A stretch of 64,000 nt of DNA from an uncultured Chloroflexia bacterium (GTDB lineage: Bacteria; Chloroflexota; Limnocylindria; Limnocylindrales; CSP1-4): the NCBI GenBank assembly GCA_963813535.1, contig CAWEZH010000002.1:256001-320000 (forward strand), read 5' to 3'. Numbering within the stretch: position 1 is the stretch's first letter; every line of letters begins with the position of its first letter. Positions 40,665-53,525 of the stretch are shown in pieces. Both the position numbers and the translations under genes were made by a program. The notes beneath the pieces were generated by a model. It was not told the DNA's origin, did not search any database, and was given only the letters and a program-made list of their open reading frames with translations.

Positions 40665-40760
40665 GGGGGCATCACCTCGAAATCGATCGGCCCGATACAT
40701 GACGGGGACGGGCGGACGTCGGGACACTCTACTCCAGCGTTCGACGTCGCGGGGACCCGG

Positions 40761-40803
40761 TTATCCACACGCGACGCGAGTTGTTCACCATTTCGGTGGA
40801 TAA
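40761..40803. promoter_or_regulatory. DnaA boxes in the parA / carboxylase intergenic region
   Basis: TTATCCACA (40761-40769, consensus); inverted GGTGGATAA (40795-40803, 8/9); weak TTGTTCACC between them. Confidence 0.65.
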
Positions 40804-40824
40804 CTGGGACCGTATGATGGCGGC

Positions 40825-40842
40825 TGTCCTTGCGCAAAGACA
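40825..40842. repeat. Candidate parS-like palindrome, copy 2 (intergenic)
   Basis: TGTCCTTGCGCAAAGACA, the exact reverse complement of copy 1. Confidence 0.75.
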
Positions 40843-40868
40843 GCACTATTTCGCGGAGGTCGAACCGC

Positions 40869-42413
40869 TTGTCGACGAATGAACGACGTTTGGCACGACT
40901 CGACGCGATGCGCGACGAGGCTCGCATGGGTGGCGGCCAGGAACGCATCGATCAGCAGCACGCGCGCGGAAAGTTGACGGCGCGTGAGCGGATCGACCTC
41001 CTCCTCGACGCCGGATCGTTCGTCGAGCTCGACGCCTTCGTCACGAATCGGAACCCGGCGGTGGAAACCGCGTATCTCGGCGACGGGGTCGTGACCGGCC
41101 ACGGCAAGATCGACGGCCGAACGGTCTTCGTCTTCAGCCAGGACTTCACGGTCTTCGGTGGATCGCTGTCCGAGGCATACGCCGAGAAGATCTGCAAGGT
41201 CATGGATCTGGCGATGAACGTCGGCGCGCCGATCATCGGCCTCAACGACTCCGGCGGGGCCCGGATACAGGAAGGCGTCGTCTCGCTCGGTGGGTACGCC
41301 GATATCTTCCTGCGCAACACGCTCGCGTCTGGCGTCGTCCCGCAGTTCTCGGTGATCCTCGGACCGTGCGCCGGGGGAGCGGTCTATTCCCCGGCCATCA
41401 CCGACTTCACGATCATGGTCGAGGGGACGAGCTACATGTTCGTGACCGGGCCGAATGTCGTGAAGGCCGTTACCCACGAAGAGGTCGATGCTGAGACGCT
41501 CGGTGGCGCGACCGTCCATACGACACGGAGTGGCGTGGCGCACCTGGCCGCCCACGATGAAGCCGAGGCCCTGTCCGCCACTCGCCGGCTCCTCGGGTTC
41601 CTGCCGCAGAACAATGTGACCGATCCACCGCTCGTCGCGACATCCGATCCGGGTGACCGCCGCGACGTGGCTCTCGACACGATCGTCCCGGACGATCCCT
41701 CGAAGCCCTACGACATGCACGGCGTCATCGACGGCATCGTCGATGACGGCGCCTTCATGGAGATCCAGCCCGGCTGGGCCCAGAACATCATCACGGGCTT
41801 CGCGCGTCTGGGCGGGCGGAGCGTCGGGATCGTCGCCCAGCAACCGGCGGTCCTCGCCGGTGCGCTGGATATCGACGCATCGACGAAGGCGGCGAGATTC
41901 GTCCGGACCTGTGACTGCTTCAACGTGCCGCTGCTGACGCTCGTCGACGTGCCGGGGTTCATGCCTGGCGTCACCCAGGAACACGGCGGGATCATCCGCC
42001 ACGGAGCCAAGCTGCTGTACGCCTATTGCGAGGCGACGGTGCCGAAGCTCACTGTCATCACCCGCAAGGCGTACGGCGGTGCCTACGACGTCATGTCGAG
42101 CAAGCATGTCCGCGGCGACCTCAACCTCGCCTGGCCGACAGCCGAGATCGCGGTGATGGGGGCGGAGGGCGCGGTCAACATCCTGTATCGCGACGAGATC
42201 GCGGCGGCTTCGGACCCGGATGAGGCTCGGGCACGGTTCGTCGATGAGTACGAAGAGCGTTTCGCGAATCCATATGTGGCGGCTGCGCGTGGCTATGTCG
42301 ACGACGTGATCAAGCCATCCGAGACACGACCGCGGTTGATCGCCGCGCTGGAGATGCTCGCCGACAAGCGCGACACCAACCCGCCGAAGAAGCACGGCAA
42401 CATCCCGCTGTGA
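40869..42413 (+). CDS. pccB: Acyl-CoA (propionyl-CoA) carboxylase carboxyltransferase subunit
   Basis: [44 protein letters not shown]. Confidence 0.93.
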   Translation: MSTNERRLARLDAMRDEARMGGGQERIDQQHARGKLTARERIDLLLDAGSFVELDAFVTNRNPAVETAYLGDGVVTGHGKIDGRTVFVFSQDFTVFGGSLSEAYAEKICKVMDLAMNVGAPIIGLNDSGGARIQEGVVSLGGYADIFLRNTLASGVVPQFSVILGPCAGGAVYSPAITDFTIMVEGTSYMFVTGPNVVKAVTHEEVDAETLGGATVHTTRSGVAHLAAHDEAEALSATRRLLGFLPQNNVTDPPLVATSDPGDRRDVALDTIVPDDPSKPYDMHGVIDGIVDDGAFMEIQPGWAQNIITGFARLGGRSVGIVAQQPAVLAGALDIDASTKAARFVRTCDCFNVPLLTLVDVPGFMPGVTQEHGGIIRHGAKLLYAYCEATVPKLTVITRKAYGGAYDVMSSKHVRGDLNLAWPTAEIAVMGAEGAVNILYRDEIAAASDPDEARARFVDEYEERFANPYVAAARGYVDDVIKPSETRPRLIAALEMLADKRDTNPPKKHGNIPL

Positions 42414-44026
42414 CGGGCGTCGCTCGGCCCGACCGCCAGGTGTCCGTGCGCAAAGACGATCCCGCTCGACCCTTCACTCGGATCCTCATCGCGAACCGTG
42501 GCGAGATCGCGCTGCGCATCATCCGGACCTGCCGCGACCTGGGCGTCGAGGTCGTCGCGGTGTACTCGGATGCCGACACGGACGCCGCCCATGTCCAGGC
42601 GGCTGACGCGGCGGTCCGACTCGGGCCTGCCCCGGCCGGGGAGAGCTACCTGCGTGCCGACGCGATCATCGAGGCAGCCTTGGCGACCGGTGCTGAAGCG
42701 ATCCATCCGGGCTACGGTTTCCTGTCGGAACGGGCGGCGTTCGCGCGCGCCGTGGGCGAGGCTGGGTTGGTCTTCATCGGACCGTCGGCGGATGCGATCG
42801 AGGCGCTCGGCGACAAGCTGGCCGCCCGCCGGACCGCGATCGCCGCGGATGTGCCCGTCGTGCCGGGCACCTTCGATCCCGCCCCGGTCGACCGCGCCGA
42901 TGCCGTCGAGGAGATCGTTGCCGCGGCGACGCGGATCGGTTTCCCGCTCCTGGTCAAGGCCGCGGCCGGTGGGGGTGGTCGGGGCATGCGCCGGGTCGAG
43001 GATGTCACGGGCCTCCCGGCGGCGCTGACGGCCGCCGCCGGCGAGGCGCGAGCGTCCTTCGGCGATGGAGCGGTCTACCTCGAGCGGGAGATCAGCCCGG
43101 CCCGTCACATCGAGGTGCAACTCCTCGGCGACGAGGCCGGGGAGGTCGTCGCCCTGGGCGAGCGTGACTGCTCGATCCAACGACGCCACCAGAAGCTCGT
43201 GGAGGAGACGCCCGCCCCGGGCCTGACGATCGACGAGCGGCGGGAGCTCCATGCGATGGCCGTCCGGGCGGCACGCGCCGCGAGCCTCTCCAACGCCTCG
43301 ACCGCGGAGTTCCTGTTCGACCCGGACAGGCGGTTCTGGTTCCTCGAAGTCAATGCCCGGCTCCAGGTCGAGCACGGGGTCACCGAGCTCGTCACCGACC
43401 TCGACCTCGTCGCGGAGCAGCTCTGGATCGCGGCCGGAAGGCCACTCTCCGACGCCGTCCGAGCCGCGGCAGTCGATGCCGCGACGCCGACCCGCCATGC
43501 CATCGAGATTCGCCTCGCCGCCGAGGACCCGTCGCGCGATTTCGCGCCGGTGCCGGGGCGGATCGGGGCGTGGTCGATGCCCGCTGGGCCGGGGGTCCGG
43601 GTCGACACCGCCATCCGACCAGGGGACCGGGTGCCCCCGGATTACGACCCGATGATCGCCAAGGTCATGACCGTCGGCCGCGACCGACGGTCGGCGATCC
43701 GGCGGATGGCCCGCGCCCTGGACGAGGTCGTGGTCAGTGGCATCCAGACGACGCTGCCGTTCGACCGGGTGCTCGTTCGTGACGAATGGTTCCTGAGCGA
43801 GGACGGCAGCGCGCTGTCGACCGACTGGGTGGCGCGACGTTGGGACGGAGCGGCCGTCCGACAGCGGGCGCACGAGGCGGCCGTGGCCGCCGCCGCTCAA
43901 GCGTGGATGGAGCACGATCCGAGCGTGGCGTCTTTGCGCAAAGACACGCCAGGGTCCTCCTGGCGTCGAGCAGGCCGAGCGGCCGCGATCGACCGCTGGC
44001 CGCGTGCCGAGCGATGGCGGCGATGA
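42410..44026 (+). CDS. Biotin carboxylase subunit
   Basis: [51 protein letters not shown]. Confidence 0.93.
   Translation: MTGVARPDRQVSVRKDDPARPFTRILIANRGEIALRIIRTCRDLGVEVVAVYSDADTDAAHVQAADAAVRLGPAPAGESYLRADAIIEAALATGAEAIHPGYGFLSERAAFARAVGEAGLVFIGPSADAIEALGDKLAARRTAIAADVPVVPGTFDPAPVDRADAVEEIVAAATRIGFPLLVKAAAGGGGRGMRRVEDVTGLPAALTAAAGEARASFGDGAVYLEREISPARHIEVQLLGDEAGEVVALGERDCSIQRRHQKLVEETPAPGLTIDERRELHAMAVRAARAASLSNASTAEFLFDPDRRFWFLEVNARLQVEHGVTELVTDLDLVAEQLWIAAGRPLSDAVRAAAVDAATPTRHAIEIRLAAEDPSRDFAPVPGRIGAWSMPAGPGVRVDTAIRPGDRVPPDYDPMIAKVMTVGRDRRSAIRRMARALDEVVVSGIQTTLPFDRVLVRDEWFLSEDGSALSTDWVARRWDGAAVRQRAHEAAVAAAAQAWMEHDPSVASLRKDTPGSSWRRAGRAAAIDRWPRAERWRR
42441..42458. repeat. Candidate parS-like palindrome, copy 3
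   Basis: TGTCCGTGCGCAAAGACG (16/18 to copy 2), in the N-terminal extension of biotin carboxylase. Confidence 0.65.
43929..43946. repeat. Candidate parS-like palindrome, copy 4
   Basis: CGTCTTTGCGCAAAGACA with a perfect 16-bp core, in the C-terminal tail of biotin carboxylase. Confidence 0.72.
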
Positions 44027-44508
44027 CTGGTCGCGGTCGCGCCATCCGGGTCAGCCCATCCCCGACGAGTGCCCACCCGGGCGACGCGACCGTCACCGTA
44101 GAGCCAGGCGGGCAGCTCCGCGGTGGCCATGCCATCTACCGGGGTGCTCTCGGCGCGACCGACCCAGCGGGGCGCCGGACGATCGAGGTCGTCGCCGACG
44201 GCTGGCGCTTCGAGTTCGTCATCGAGGACGAAGGCCTGGCGCAGCTCCGCGAGCGCGCCACCCGCGACCGCGGTGGCACGGCGGCCGCTGGTGAAGCACT
44301 GGAGATCCGTGCCATCATCCCGGGCAGGGTCGCGTCGGTCGCCGTCACCCCCGGCGATGTCGTGGAGATCGGCCAGACGCTCCTCGCCGTGGAGGCGATG
44401 AAGATGCAGAACGAGTTGCGGGCGCCACGCGCGGGCACCGTCGTCAGCGTGCCGGGCACGGTCGGTTCGACGGTCGACGTCGGCGACGTGCTGGTCGTCC
44501 TGGGATGA
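44023..44508 (+). CDS. Biotin carboxyl carrier protein
   Basis: EAMKM biotinylation motif. Confidence 0.9.
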   Translation: MTGRGRAIRVSPSPTSAHPGDATVTVEPGGQLRGGHAIYRGALGATDPAGRRTIEVVADGWRFEFVIEDEGLAQLRERATRDRGGTAAAGEALEIRAIIPGRVASVAVTPGDVVEIGQTLLAVEAMKMQNELRAPRAGTVVSVPGTVGSTVDVGDVLVVLG

Positions 44509-44512
44509 GCGC

Positions 44513-46219
<1,707 letters not shown>

Positions 46220-46232
46220 AGAGGAGGGGGTC

Positions 46233-46703
46233 GTGACGCTGGATGTGCCGCCGCGGATCCGGAGGATGGGCAAGGTCCACCACGTGGCGATCGTGGTCCG
46301 GTCGATCGACGACGCCCTGGTGTTGTGGCGTGACATGCTCGGGCTCGAGCTTGAGACCGTCATGGACATCCCCACGGATCGTGTTCGGATCGCCTTTCTC
46401 AGCGTGGGCGAGTCCAAGGTCGAGCTCGTCGAACCGACCGACGACGAGACCGGGGTCGCCCGCTTCCTTGCCTCGAAAGGGGAGGGCTTCCACCACGTCT
46501 GCTTCGAGGTCGGCAACCTGGCCGAGGCGCTCATCCGCCTCGAGCTCGACGGGCTCGAGCTCATCGACACGGTGCCGCGCCGAGGCGCCGAGGGCCCCGT
46601 CGCGTTCATCCATCCGCGCTCGTGCCAGGGGGTGTTGGTGGAGTTGATCGAGGCGCCGGGCGGTCCGGCGTGGCGCTCGCTCGGCTACGAGACGGCGGGT
46701 TAG
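46233..46703 (+). CDS. mce: Methylmalonyl-CoA epimerase
   Basis: [35 protein letters not shown]; operon context. Confidence 0.9.
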   Translation: MTLDVPPRIRRMGKVHHVAIVVRSIDDALVLWRDMLGLELETVMDIPTDRVRIAFLSVGESKVELVEPTDDETGVARFLASKGEGFHHVCFEVGNLAEALIRLELDGLELIDTVPRRGAEGPVAFIHPRSCQGVLVELIEAPGGPAWRSLGYETAG

Positions 46704-46770
46704 CCGGCACTTCGGGAGGCCTCCGCTATCCTCGGAGGGTCGAACCGACTCCCGCCCCGGAGGATCCCTC

Positions 46771-47091
46771 ATGATCGTCACGACCACGCCCAGCATCGAA
46801 GGGCGCCCGATCGCCGAGTACCGCGGCCTCGTCACCGGCGAGGCGATCCTCGGCGCCAACCTCTTCAAGGACCTCTTCGCCGGCGTCCGCGACATCGTCG
46901 GCGGGCGGTCGGGCGCGTACGAGCAGGAGCTCGCCAAGGCCCGCACGATCGCGCTCGAGGAGATGGGCGCCGCGGCCACCGCGCTCGGAGCCGACGCAGT
47001 GGTCGGCGTCGACCTCGACTACGAGACCGTGGGGCAGGGCGGCTCGATGCTGATGGTCACGGCCTCGGGGACGGCCGTCCGGCTGGGCTGA
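46771..47091 (+). CDS. YbjQ/UPF0145-family protein
   Basis: [30 protein letters not shown]. Confidence 0.93.
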   Translation: MIVTTTPSIEGRPIAEYRGLVTGEAILGANLFKDLFAGVRDIVGGRSGAYEQELAKARTIALEEMGAAATALGADAVVGVDLDYETVGQGGSMLMVTASGTAVRLG

Positions 47092-47105
47092 CCCAGCGCC
47101 CGCGG

Positions 47106-47948
47106 CTAGGCCGGTTTCGAGGCGAGCAGCGAGAACATCAGCGGTAGCTCGCCAGGGCCCTCCGGCAGCACGTACTGCCCGCTCCCCGGCTCGCTCTCGA
47201 CGAGGAAGTCGGCCGCCCATTCGAGGAATGGCTGCTCCTCCAGCCGCTCGATGCGAAGTCCCGCGTCGATCAGCGCCGTGACGACTTCGCCCAGGCCGTG
47301 GTCCCAGCCATGCTCCTTGTGCTCGGTGCCGAGGTCCGCGTCGGGGTCGGCGTAGGACCCGTGGACGTCGAAGATCAGGGGGTTGCCGTGCTCCCAGTAC
47401 GGGTACTGGAGGCGCAGCTCGCGCGGGGACACGCCCTCGTTCTCGAAGACCTGCAGGACCGGGTGGACCTCGGAGATGTAGAACCGGCCGCCGGGCTTGA
47501 CGAAACGCGCCACGACGCGCGCCCAGCCACGGATGTCGGGCAGCCAGCCGAGCACGCCGCGTGACGTGTACACGATGTCGAACTCGTCGCCGAGCCGGAC
47601 TGGCAGCTGGTAGACGTTCGATTCGACGAAGCGCGCATCCGGGATCCCGATGTCGGCAGCCAGCTCCCGCGCCAGCACGATCGAGGCATGTGAGAAGTCG
47701 ACGCCGGTGACCTTCGCGCCGAGTCGGGCCCAGGACAGGGTGTCGAGCCCGAAGTGGCATTGCAGGTGGAGGAGCGTCTTACCCGTCACATCGCCGAGGG
47801 CCGCCACCTCGTACGGACGGAGTCGCAGGCCGCCCTCCCGGAACCCGGCCACGTCATAGAACTCGCCCTCGGCATGGACCTTGGTCCAGGCGTCCCAGAG
47901 GCGCTGGTTCGAGGCGTAGGAGGCCTCGAGATCGACCGGGTCGGTCAT
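47106..47948 (-). CDS. Class I SAM-dependent methyltransferase
   Basis: LLHLQCHFGLDT, GVDFS, FDIVY, KPGG. Confidence 0.9.
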   Translation of the reverse strand: MTDPVDLEASYASNQRLWDAWTKVHAEGEFYDVAGFREGGLRLRPYEVAALGDVTGKTLLHLQCHFGLDTLSWARLGAKVTGVDFSHASIVLARELAADIGIPDARFVESNVYQLPVRLGDEFDIVYTSRGVLGWLPDIRGWARVVARFVKPGGRFYISEVHPVLQVFENEGVSPRELRLQYPYWEHGNPLIFDVHGSYADPDADLGTEHKEHGWDHGLGEVVTALIDAGLRIERLEEQPFLEWAADFLVESEPGSGQYVLPEGPGELPLMFSLLASKPA

Positions 47949-47961
47949 GGCATCCCTCCCG

Positions 47962-48465
47962 TCAGGCCGGAGTGTCCGGGCGGACGCCGGGGGCGCCAGC
48001 CACCAGTTCGTCCACGTAGTCGATCATGTCGAGGTCGCCTGGCGAGCGGCCTGCCCTGGTCATCAGCGCGGCCGCCTCGGAGCGGTGCTGGGTCCCATGG
48101 TTGACCACGTGGGCGAGCATCTGCCAGATCGCAACGCCTTCATGGACGTAGCCGAGGGTGTCATCGTCCAGCGTCGGGAGCCACGCATCGACGGCTTCCC
48201 ACTCGGCGGTCCACCGCGCACGAAGCTCGTCGATCGACGGCAGCGGCTCGCGCTCCGGTTCCGGCTCCTCACCGTCACGCTGGATCCCGTGGCGCCAGCG
48301 CTGCGCCGCCCCGAGATGGTGGACGAGGATGCTGCCGACGCCGCGCTCCCCGACCTCGTCGATCGCCGACCAGGTGTCGTCCGGGACGTCGTCGAGGGCA
48401 GCGAGCAGGCGCTTGGTCGCCCACCGGTCGTAGGCGAACAGGAAGCGGATGTCATCAGTGCGCAT
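47962..48465 (-). CDS. DinB/YfiT-family protein
   Basis: YDRWA, H, HVVNHGTQHR His triad. Confidence 0.88.
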   Translation of the reverse strand: MRTDDIRFLFAYDRWATKRLLAALDDVPDDTWSAIDEVGERGVGSILVHHLGAAQRWRHGIQRDGEEPEPEREPLPSIDELRARWTAEWEAVDAWLPTLDDDTLGYVHEGVAIWQMLAHVVNHGTQHRSEAAALMTRAGRSPGDLDMIDYVDELVAGAPGVRPDTPA

Positions 48466-48494
48466 CTCGTGCGATCCTCCCGCCTGTCTCCCGC

Positions 48495-49379
48495 TCAGCC
48501 AGCGAACCCGGCGGCACGGAGCAGCCTGGGCAGCTCGGTCGGCGACTCCGCCACTCGGAACCCGGCCGCCTCGAGCGCTTCGACCTTCGACGCGGCTGTC
48601 CCGGCGCTCCCCGAGATGATGGCGCCGGCGTGTCCCATCCGCTTGCCCTCCGGCGCCGTCCGGCCGGCGATGAAGGCCGCCTTCGGGACGTTGCGTAGAT
48701 GTTCGCCGGCCCATGCCGCAGCCGTCTCTTCGGCGGACCCGCCGATCTCGCCGATCAGCACGATCGCCTCGGTCTCGGGGTCCTCGGCGAACAGCTGGAG
48801 GACATCGAGGAAGGTCGTGCCGATGATGGGGTCGCCGCCGATGCCGATGCAGGTGGACTGTCCGAGCCCGGCGTCGGTCATCGCCTGGACGGCCTCGTAG
48901 GTAAGCGTCCCGGAGCGGCTCACCACTCCGACGCGGCCCTCGCGATGGATCGAGCCCGGGATGATGCCGACCTTCGCCCGACCAGGCGACGTCGCACCGG
49001 GGCAGTTCGGACCGATCAGCCGAGCGCCGTGCCGGCGCACGAGGTCGACCACCGGGACCATATCCAGCGCTGGGATCCCTTCGGTGATGCAGAAGATCGT
49101 GCCGATCCTCGCCACGGCGGCTTCCATGACCGCGTCCGGGGCTCCAGCCGCGGGGACGAAGATCAGGGATGTGTTCGCACCCGTCTCGCGCACCGCGTCA
49201 TCCACGGTATCGAACACGGGTACGGACCCGTCGAGCACGACCTGGCCGCCCTTGCCGGGCGTGACGCCGGCGACGACCTGCGTGCCGTACGCCTGACAGG
49301 CACGCGCATGGAACTCGCCCTCGCGACCCGTGATGCCCTGGACGACGAGGCGGGTCTCGCGCCCGACAAGGACGCTCAT
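48495..49379 (-). CDS. sucD: Succinyl-CoA ligase alpha subunit
   Basis: [27 protein letters not shown]. Confidence 0.97.
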   Translation of the reverse strand: MSVLVGRETRLVVQGITGREGEFHARACQAYGTQVVAGVTPGKGGQVVLDGSVPVFDTVDDAVRETGANTSLIFVPAAGAPDAVMEAAVARIGTIFCITEGIPALDMVPVVDLVRRHGARLIGPNCPGATSPGRAKVGIIPGSIHREGRVGVVSRSGTLTYEAVQAMTDAGLGQSTCIGIGGDPIIGTTFLDVLQLFAEDPETEAIVLIGEIGGSAEETAAAWAGEHLRNVPKAAFIAGRTAPEGKRMGHAGAIISGSAGTAASKVEALEAAGFRVAESPTELPRLLRAAGFAG

Positions 49380-50554
49380 GGGGTGCCGCGCGACGCTGCG
49401 ACCGCCTTCGCCGCCGCCTCGTCGAGCGTGGCCGCGGTCTGGAATCGCGCCTGCACCAGCAGCTCGGCCGCCTCGGCCGCGTTGGTGCCGACGATGCGCA
49501 CGACCATCGGCACGTCGCGAGTCTGCTGGGAGCGGGCCTCGATAAGCCCCCGGGCGACCTCGTCCCCACGCGTGATACCGCCGAAGATGTTCACGAGGAT
49601 GGCGTCGACCTTGGGATCGGCGAGGATCAGGCGCATGGCATGGGCGACCTTGTCCGCGCGCGCACCACCGCCGATGTCGAGGAAGTTCGCAGGCTCACCG
49701 CCGGCACGCTTCACCAGGTCCATCGTGGTCATGGCCAGGCCGGCCCCGTTGACCATGCAGCCGATCGTGCCGTCGAGCTTGATGAACGTCAGGCCCGCCT
49801 CGCGTGCCTCGCGGTCCTCGGGCGCTTCTTCGTCTGGATCGCGTAGCGCTTCGAGGCCCGGGTGGCGGGCGAGCGCGGAGTCATCGAGCGTGATCTTCGC
49901 GTCGAGGCAGACCAGGCGCTCGACCGGAGTCCCGCCCGGGACGCCCTCGAGGATGACGGCGAGGGGATTGATCTCGACGAGATCGGCGTCATAGGTGGTC
50001 ATCGTTCGCACGAGGCCCTTGGTGATGGCCACGGCCGCCTTGAGGTGAGCCCGAAGTCCCATCGCGAAGGCGAGCTCGCGGGCCTGGAATTCAAGCACGC
50101 CGAGACTCGGATCAGCGTGGCGGCGGATGATGGCATCCGGGTTCGTCGCAGCGACATGCTCGATCTCGACCCCACCCTGGGCCGAGCCCATGAGCAGGAT
50201 CCCGCGCTCAGCCCGATCGAGGACGGCGGCGAGGTAGAACTCCTTCACGATGTCCGCGGCCGGGCCGACCAGGACCTTGCGGACCGTCATGCCCTTGATG
50301 TCCATGCCGATGATGCTGCCGGCGATCTGGGCGGCCTCGTCCGGGCTCGATGCGAGCTTCACCCCGCCGGCCTTGCCGCGACCGCCCACCAGGACCTGGG
50401 CCTTGATGACGACCTTGCCGCCGACCGCCCCTGCATCGAGGAAGCGCCGCGCGGCCGACCGGGCTTCATCCGCCGTGTGGGCGACCGCCCAGTCGGGGAC
50501 CGGGAGCCCCTGGGCGACGAGCAGTGACTTGGCGTCGGCCTCCTGGAGCTTCAC
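49376..50554 (-). CDS. sucC: Succinyl-CoA ligase beta subunit
   Basis: [41 protein letters not shown]. Confidence 0.97.
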   Translation of the reverse strand: MKLQEADAKSLLVAQGLPVPDWAVAHTADEARSAARRFLDAGAVGGKVVIKAQVLVGGRGKAGGVKLASSPDEAAQIAGSIIGMDIKGMTVRKVLVGPAADIVKEFYLAAVLDRAERGILLMGSAQGGVEIEHVAATNPDAIIRRHADPSLGVLEFQARELAFAMGLRAHLKAAVAITKGLVRTMTTYDADLVEINPLAVILEGVPGGTPVERLVCLDAKITLDDSALARHPGLEALRDPDEEAPEDREAREAGLTFIKLDGTIGCMVNGAGLAMTTMDLVKRAGGEPANFLDIGGGARADKVAHAMRLILADPKVDAILVNIFGGITRGDEVARGLIEARSQQTRDVPMVVRIVGTNAAEAAELLVQARFQTAATLDEAAAKAVAASRGTP

Positions 50555-50579
50555 CGGGGCATCGTAGCGGAGCGAGAGG

Positions 50580-51470
50580 TCATCGCTCCCCGAGGTGGCG
50601 ACGACGTGCCTCGGCGATGCGGTCCAGCTCGGCGACCGACTTGGACAGGGACCACACGATCGTGTCGTCGAGCCCGAGTGCCGCGAGCTCGTCGAAGGTC
50701 GATGCCAGCCCATCGACGTCGGTGCTCAGCGTGGTCGCGTCGGCTGTCCCGTCAACCGGATCGGCCAGCCGGATCCCGACGGTCCGGCGCAGCGTCGCGC
50801 GCTCGCGCCCGACGGTGTCGCATGCCTCGTCGAGCTCCTCGAGCCGCGTGCGCAACCGCTCGTCGGCGCCGCCGAACCAGGCCGTGTTCCAGGCGTCCGC
50901 CCAGGTCGCCGTGAGCCGGAGCATGCGGGGTCCCTTGGCCGCTACGAGGATCGGCACGGTTCGGCCGGGTGGCGGCATGAGGACGACATCGTGCATCTGC
51001 CGCCAGCGCCCCTCGAACGTGAAGCGCTCGCCCCGCAGCAGGCGACTCGCGATCTCGAGGTCCTCGGCGAACCGCCCGACCCGGTGATCGAACGGGTAGC
51101 CGAACGCGTCGTACTCGGGCTCGTGCCAGCCCGACCCGAGGCCGAGGATGACCCGACCCCCGGAAAGGTCGTCGAGCGTGGCGGCCATCTTGGCCATCAA
51201 TGCCGGGTTGCGGAAAGAGGCGCACATCACGAGCGACCCGAGCTCGATGCGGGGGACGACGGGCGCAAGCGCTGCCTTCGTTGTCCATGCCTCGCGGATG
51301 CCCTCGTCGGCCTCGTCGGCCGAGCGGAACAGCAGGTGGTCGAAGACCCAGATCGAGTCGAGACCGACGGTTTCCGCGTGCTGGGCGAAGGCGAGGGTCT
51401 CCGCGAAGGTCGGGACGCGGCCCGGCGCGGTGTCGTCCTGGGCGAGGGGGAGGGTGACGCCGATGCGCAT
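50580..51470 (-). CDS. LLM-class flavin-dependent oxidoreductase
   Basis: SIWVFDH, RNPALMAKMAATLD..SGGR.ILGLG.GW, GPRML. Confidence 0.9.
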   Translation of the reverse strand: MRIGVTLPLAQDDTAPGRVPTFAETLAFAQHAETVGLDSIWVFDHLLFRSADEADEGIREAWTTKAALAPVVPRIELGSLVMCASFRNPALMAKMAATLDDLSGGRVILGLGSGWHEPEYDAFGYPFDHRVGRFAEDLEIASRLLRGERFTFEGRWRQMHDVVLMPPPGRTVPILVAAKGPRMLRLTATWADAWNTAWFGGADERLRTRLEELDEACDTVGRERATLRRTVGIRLADPVDGTADATTLSTDVDGLASTFDELAALGLDDTIVWSLSKSVAELDRIAEARRRHLGER

Positions 51471-51601
51471 CGCGCGGAGTCTAGCGATGCATCGCGCTGC
51501 GTCGCCGCCGGTCCCGCCGGCAGCAGAACGAACGATTCCGCGATGTCGCCTCGCCATACTCACCGAGCGCGGCCACGGAGGTCGCGCCATCGCCGAGGGG
51601 C

Positions 51602-52162
51602 GTGATGCAGCGAGACCTCGTGGAGCGAGCGCGGAGGGGCGATCATGACGCCTTCGCCGAGCTGGCAGGCGCCGCGATCTCCCGTCTGGATGGCGCCGCC
51701 TGGCTCATGCTTCGGGATATCGAACAGGCCAAGGACGCCGTGCAGGACACGCTCGTCCGGGCCTGGCGTGATCTGCCCACGCTGCGCGACCCCGACCGTT
51801 TCGATGCCTGGCTGCATCGGTTGCTCGTCCACGCCTGTATCGATGAGGCGCGGCGACTCCGGCGCCACCGGCTCGACGTCGAACTCACCACCATCGCGAT
51901 CCCATCGGCCGTCGACGACGTGTCGGCGGTCGACGATCGCGATCTCATCGAACGCGGCTTCCTCCGACTCGATCCGGAGATGCGTGCCGTGATCGTCCTT
52001 CATCACTATCTCGACCTTCCGATGCCGGCCGTCGCGACGATCCTCGGGATCCCCCTGGGGACCGCCAAGTCACGGTTGCACCGCGCCCTCGCGGAGATGC
52101 GCGCGGCACTCGCTGCCGATGCGCGTCCGCGGGGCGAACTCGTGGAGGGCCGGCCGGTATGA
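51602..52162 (+). CDS. ECF sigma factor (paralog of 690-1256)
   Basis: DAVQDTLVRAW..LRDPDRFDAW, LGIPLGTAKSRLHRA. Confidence 0.92.
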   Translation: MMQRDLVERARRGDHDAFAELAGAAISRLDGAAWLMLRDIEQAKDAVQDTLVRAWRDLPTLRDPDRFDAWLHRLLVHACIDEARRLRRHRLDVELTTIAIPSAVDDVSAVDDRDLIERGFLRLDPEMRAVIVLHHYLDLPMPAVATILGIPLGTAKSRLHRALAEMRAALAADARPRGELVEGRPV

Positions 52163-53442
52163 CCGCGAACGACCGCTTCGACCGCTCGCTGTCTCCCTGG
52201 CTCCTCGACGACGCGGCGTTCCGCGTGCCCGACCACCTCGACGAGGTGCTGTCGGTCACGCGGGAGACCCGTCAGCGGCCGGCATGGTCGAGCCTCGAAA
52301 GGTGGCTCCCCGTGGATATGACCTTCCGCCCACGCCTGTTCTCCGTCCCGCGGGCTGGCCGGCTCGCGATGGTGGCGGCGCTCATCCTGCTCGTGCTGGC
52401 GATCGCGATCCTCGCGGTCGGCTCCTACCAACAGCGGCTGCCGGAGCCGTTCGGACTGGCCCGCAACGGGCTCATCGTCACGAGCAATGACGGCGAGCTC
52501 TACCTGCTCGACCCGGCGAAGAGCGAACGGCGACTCCTGCCGCTCGGTGAAGCATTCGACTTCTCGCCGATCTTCTCGCGTGACGGCACGAAGATGGTGT
52601 TCCTCCGCTCCGACGGTCCGCTCACCGAGCCGGCGATCCTGTCGCTCTACGTCGCGAATGCCGATGGTTCGGAGCCTCGCCCCGTGACGCCACCGACAAA
52701 GAGCCTCGACTGGTTCGACTGGTCACCGGATGGCACGCAGATCGCCTACATGGCAAGCGGCCAGCTGTGGGTGGTCGACGTCGCCATCGGGGAGCCGATC
52801 CGTCTGGTAGGTGGGGGACGCGCGCACTTCCCGACCTGGCTGCCACCCGATGGCAAGGAGATCGTCTTCCGGGGCGAATCGCGTAGCCCCGCGATCTTCG
52901 CGATGCCTGTCGACGGCAGCGGGAAACGCCGGCCGCTGTCGACGACGCCGGCGAACAACGAGTTCGATTACCAGTCGATCGCGGTCTCGCCGGACGGGAA
53001 GCACGTGACGTTCACCCGATGGGACTCGACGAAGGATCCCTGGGTGCCCGGGGTCTACGCCCTGGACATCGCGACCGGTGAGGAGATGCGGTTCCCGACG
53101 CTGGCGGGGACCGGCCAACGCGGAAGCGTCCCGTACTCGCCTGATGGCAAGTCCGTTGCGTACGCGCGGGTCTACCCGGAAGGGGCGTTCGAGCTGGTTG
53201 TCGCCAACGCCGACGGTTCCGGCAACGAGCGGGTCATCGGGCCGAAGAAGCGGGCCCCGACCGACGGGAGCAACCTGCCAGCCTCCTGGACGTTCACGCC
53301 GGATGGCACGGCGTTGATCGTGCGATACGGCGACGACGACACCGCGGCGACCCAGCTCATGCCGCTCGATGGATCGCCGCCCATCGATATCGAGGGGTCT
53401 GGCGGACTCGAGTTCGTGGACGTCCAGCGCCTCGCGCCCTGA
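52159..53442 (+). CDS. Putative anti-sigma factor with an extracellular TolB/PD40-type beta-propeller
   Basis: ATGA overlap with the sigma gene; one TM helix; repeated FSRDG / WSPDG / SPDG / ANADGS blades. Confidence 0.75.
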   Translation: MTANDRFDRSLSPWLLDDAAFRVPDHLDEVLSVTRETRQRPAWSSLERWLPVDMTFRPRLFSVPRAGRLAMVAALILLVLAIAILAVGSYQQRLPEPFGLARNGLIVTSNDGELYLLDPAKSERRLLPLGEAFDFSPIFSRDGTKMVFLRSDGPLTEPAILSLYVANADGSEPRPVTPPTKSLDWFDWSPDGTQIAYMASGQLWVVDVAIGEPIRLVGGGRAHFPTWLPPDGKEIVFRGESRSPAIFAMPVDGSGKRRPLSTTPANNEFDYQSIAVSPDGKHVTFTRWDSTKDPWVPGVYALDIATGEEMRFPTLAGTGQRGSVPYSPDGKSVAYARVYPEGAFELVVANADGSGNERVIGPKKRAPTDGSNLPASWTFTPDGTALIVRYGDDDTAATQLMPLDGSPPIDIEGSGGLEFVDVQRLAP

Positions 53443-53460
53443 CGTCGACGGCTCCCAGCC

Positions 53461-53494
53461 CGTGACCGGCCGTCCCTCCGGGCGGCCGGTCACG
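53461..53494 (+). terminator. Strong hairpin downstream of the ECF operon
   Basis: CGTGACCGGCCGTCC-N4-GGGCGGCCGGTCACG; no U-tract. Confidence 0.5.
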
Positions 53495-53525
53495 CCTCGT
53501 CGGTCGGCGCGGATACAATCGAGCC

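Noticed and set aside
40665-40868. A definite oriC call
   Set aside because: Only two good DnaA boxes, no AT-rich unwinding element and no dnaA nearby; kept as a hypothesis only.
40785-43915. Long antisense ORFs opposite pccB and biotin carboxylase (and similar ones opposite dnaG, rpoD, sucCD, rsmH)
   Set aside because: Shadow frames typical of GC-rich coding DNA; no motifs or RBS.
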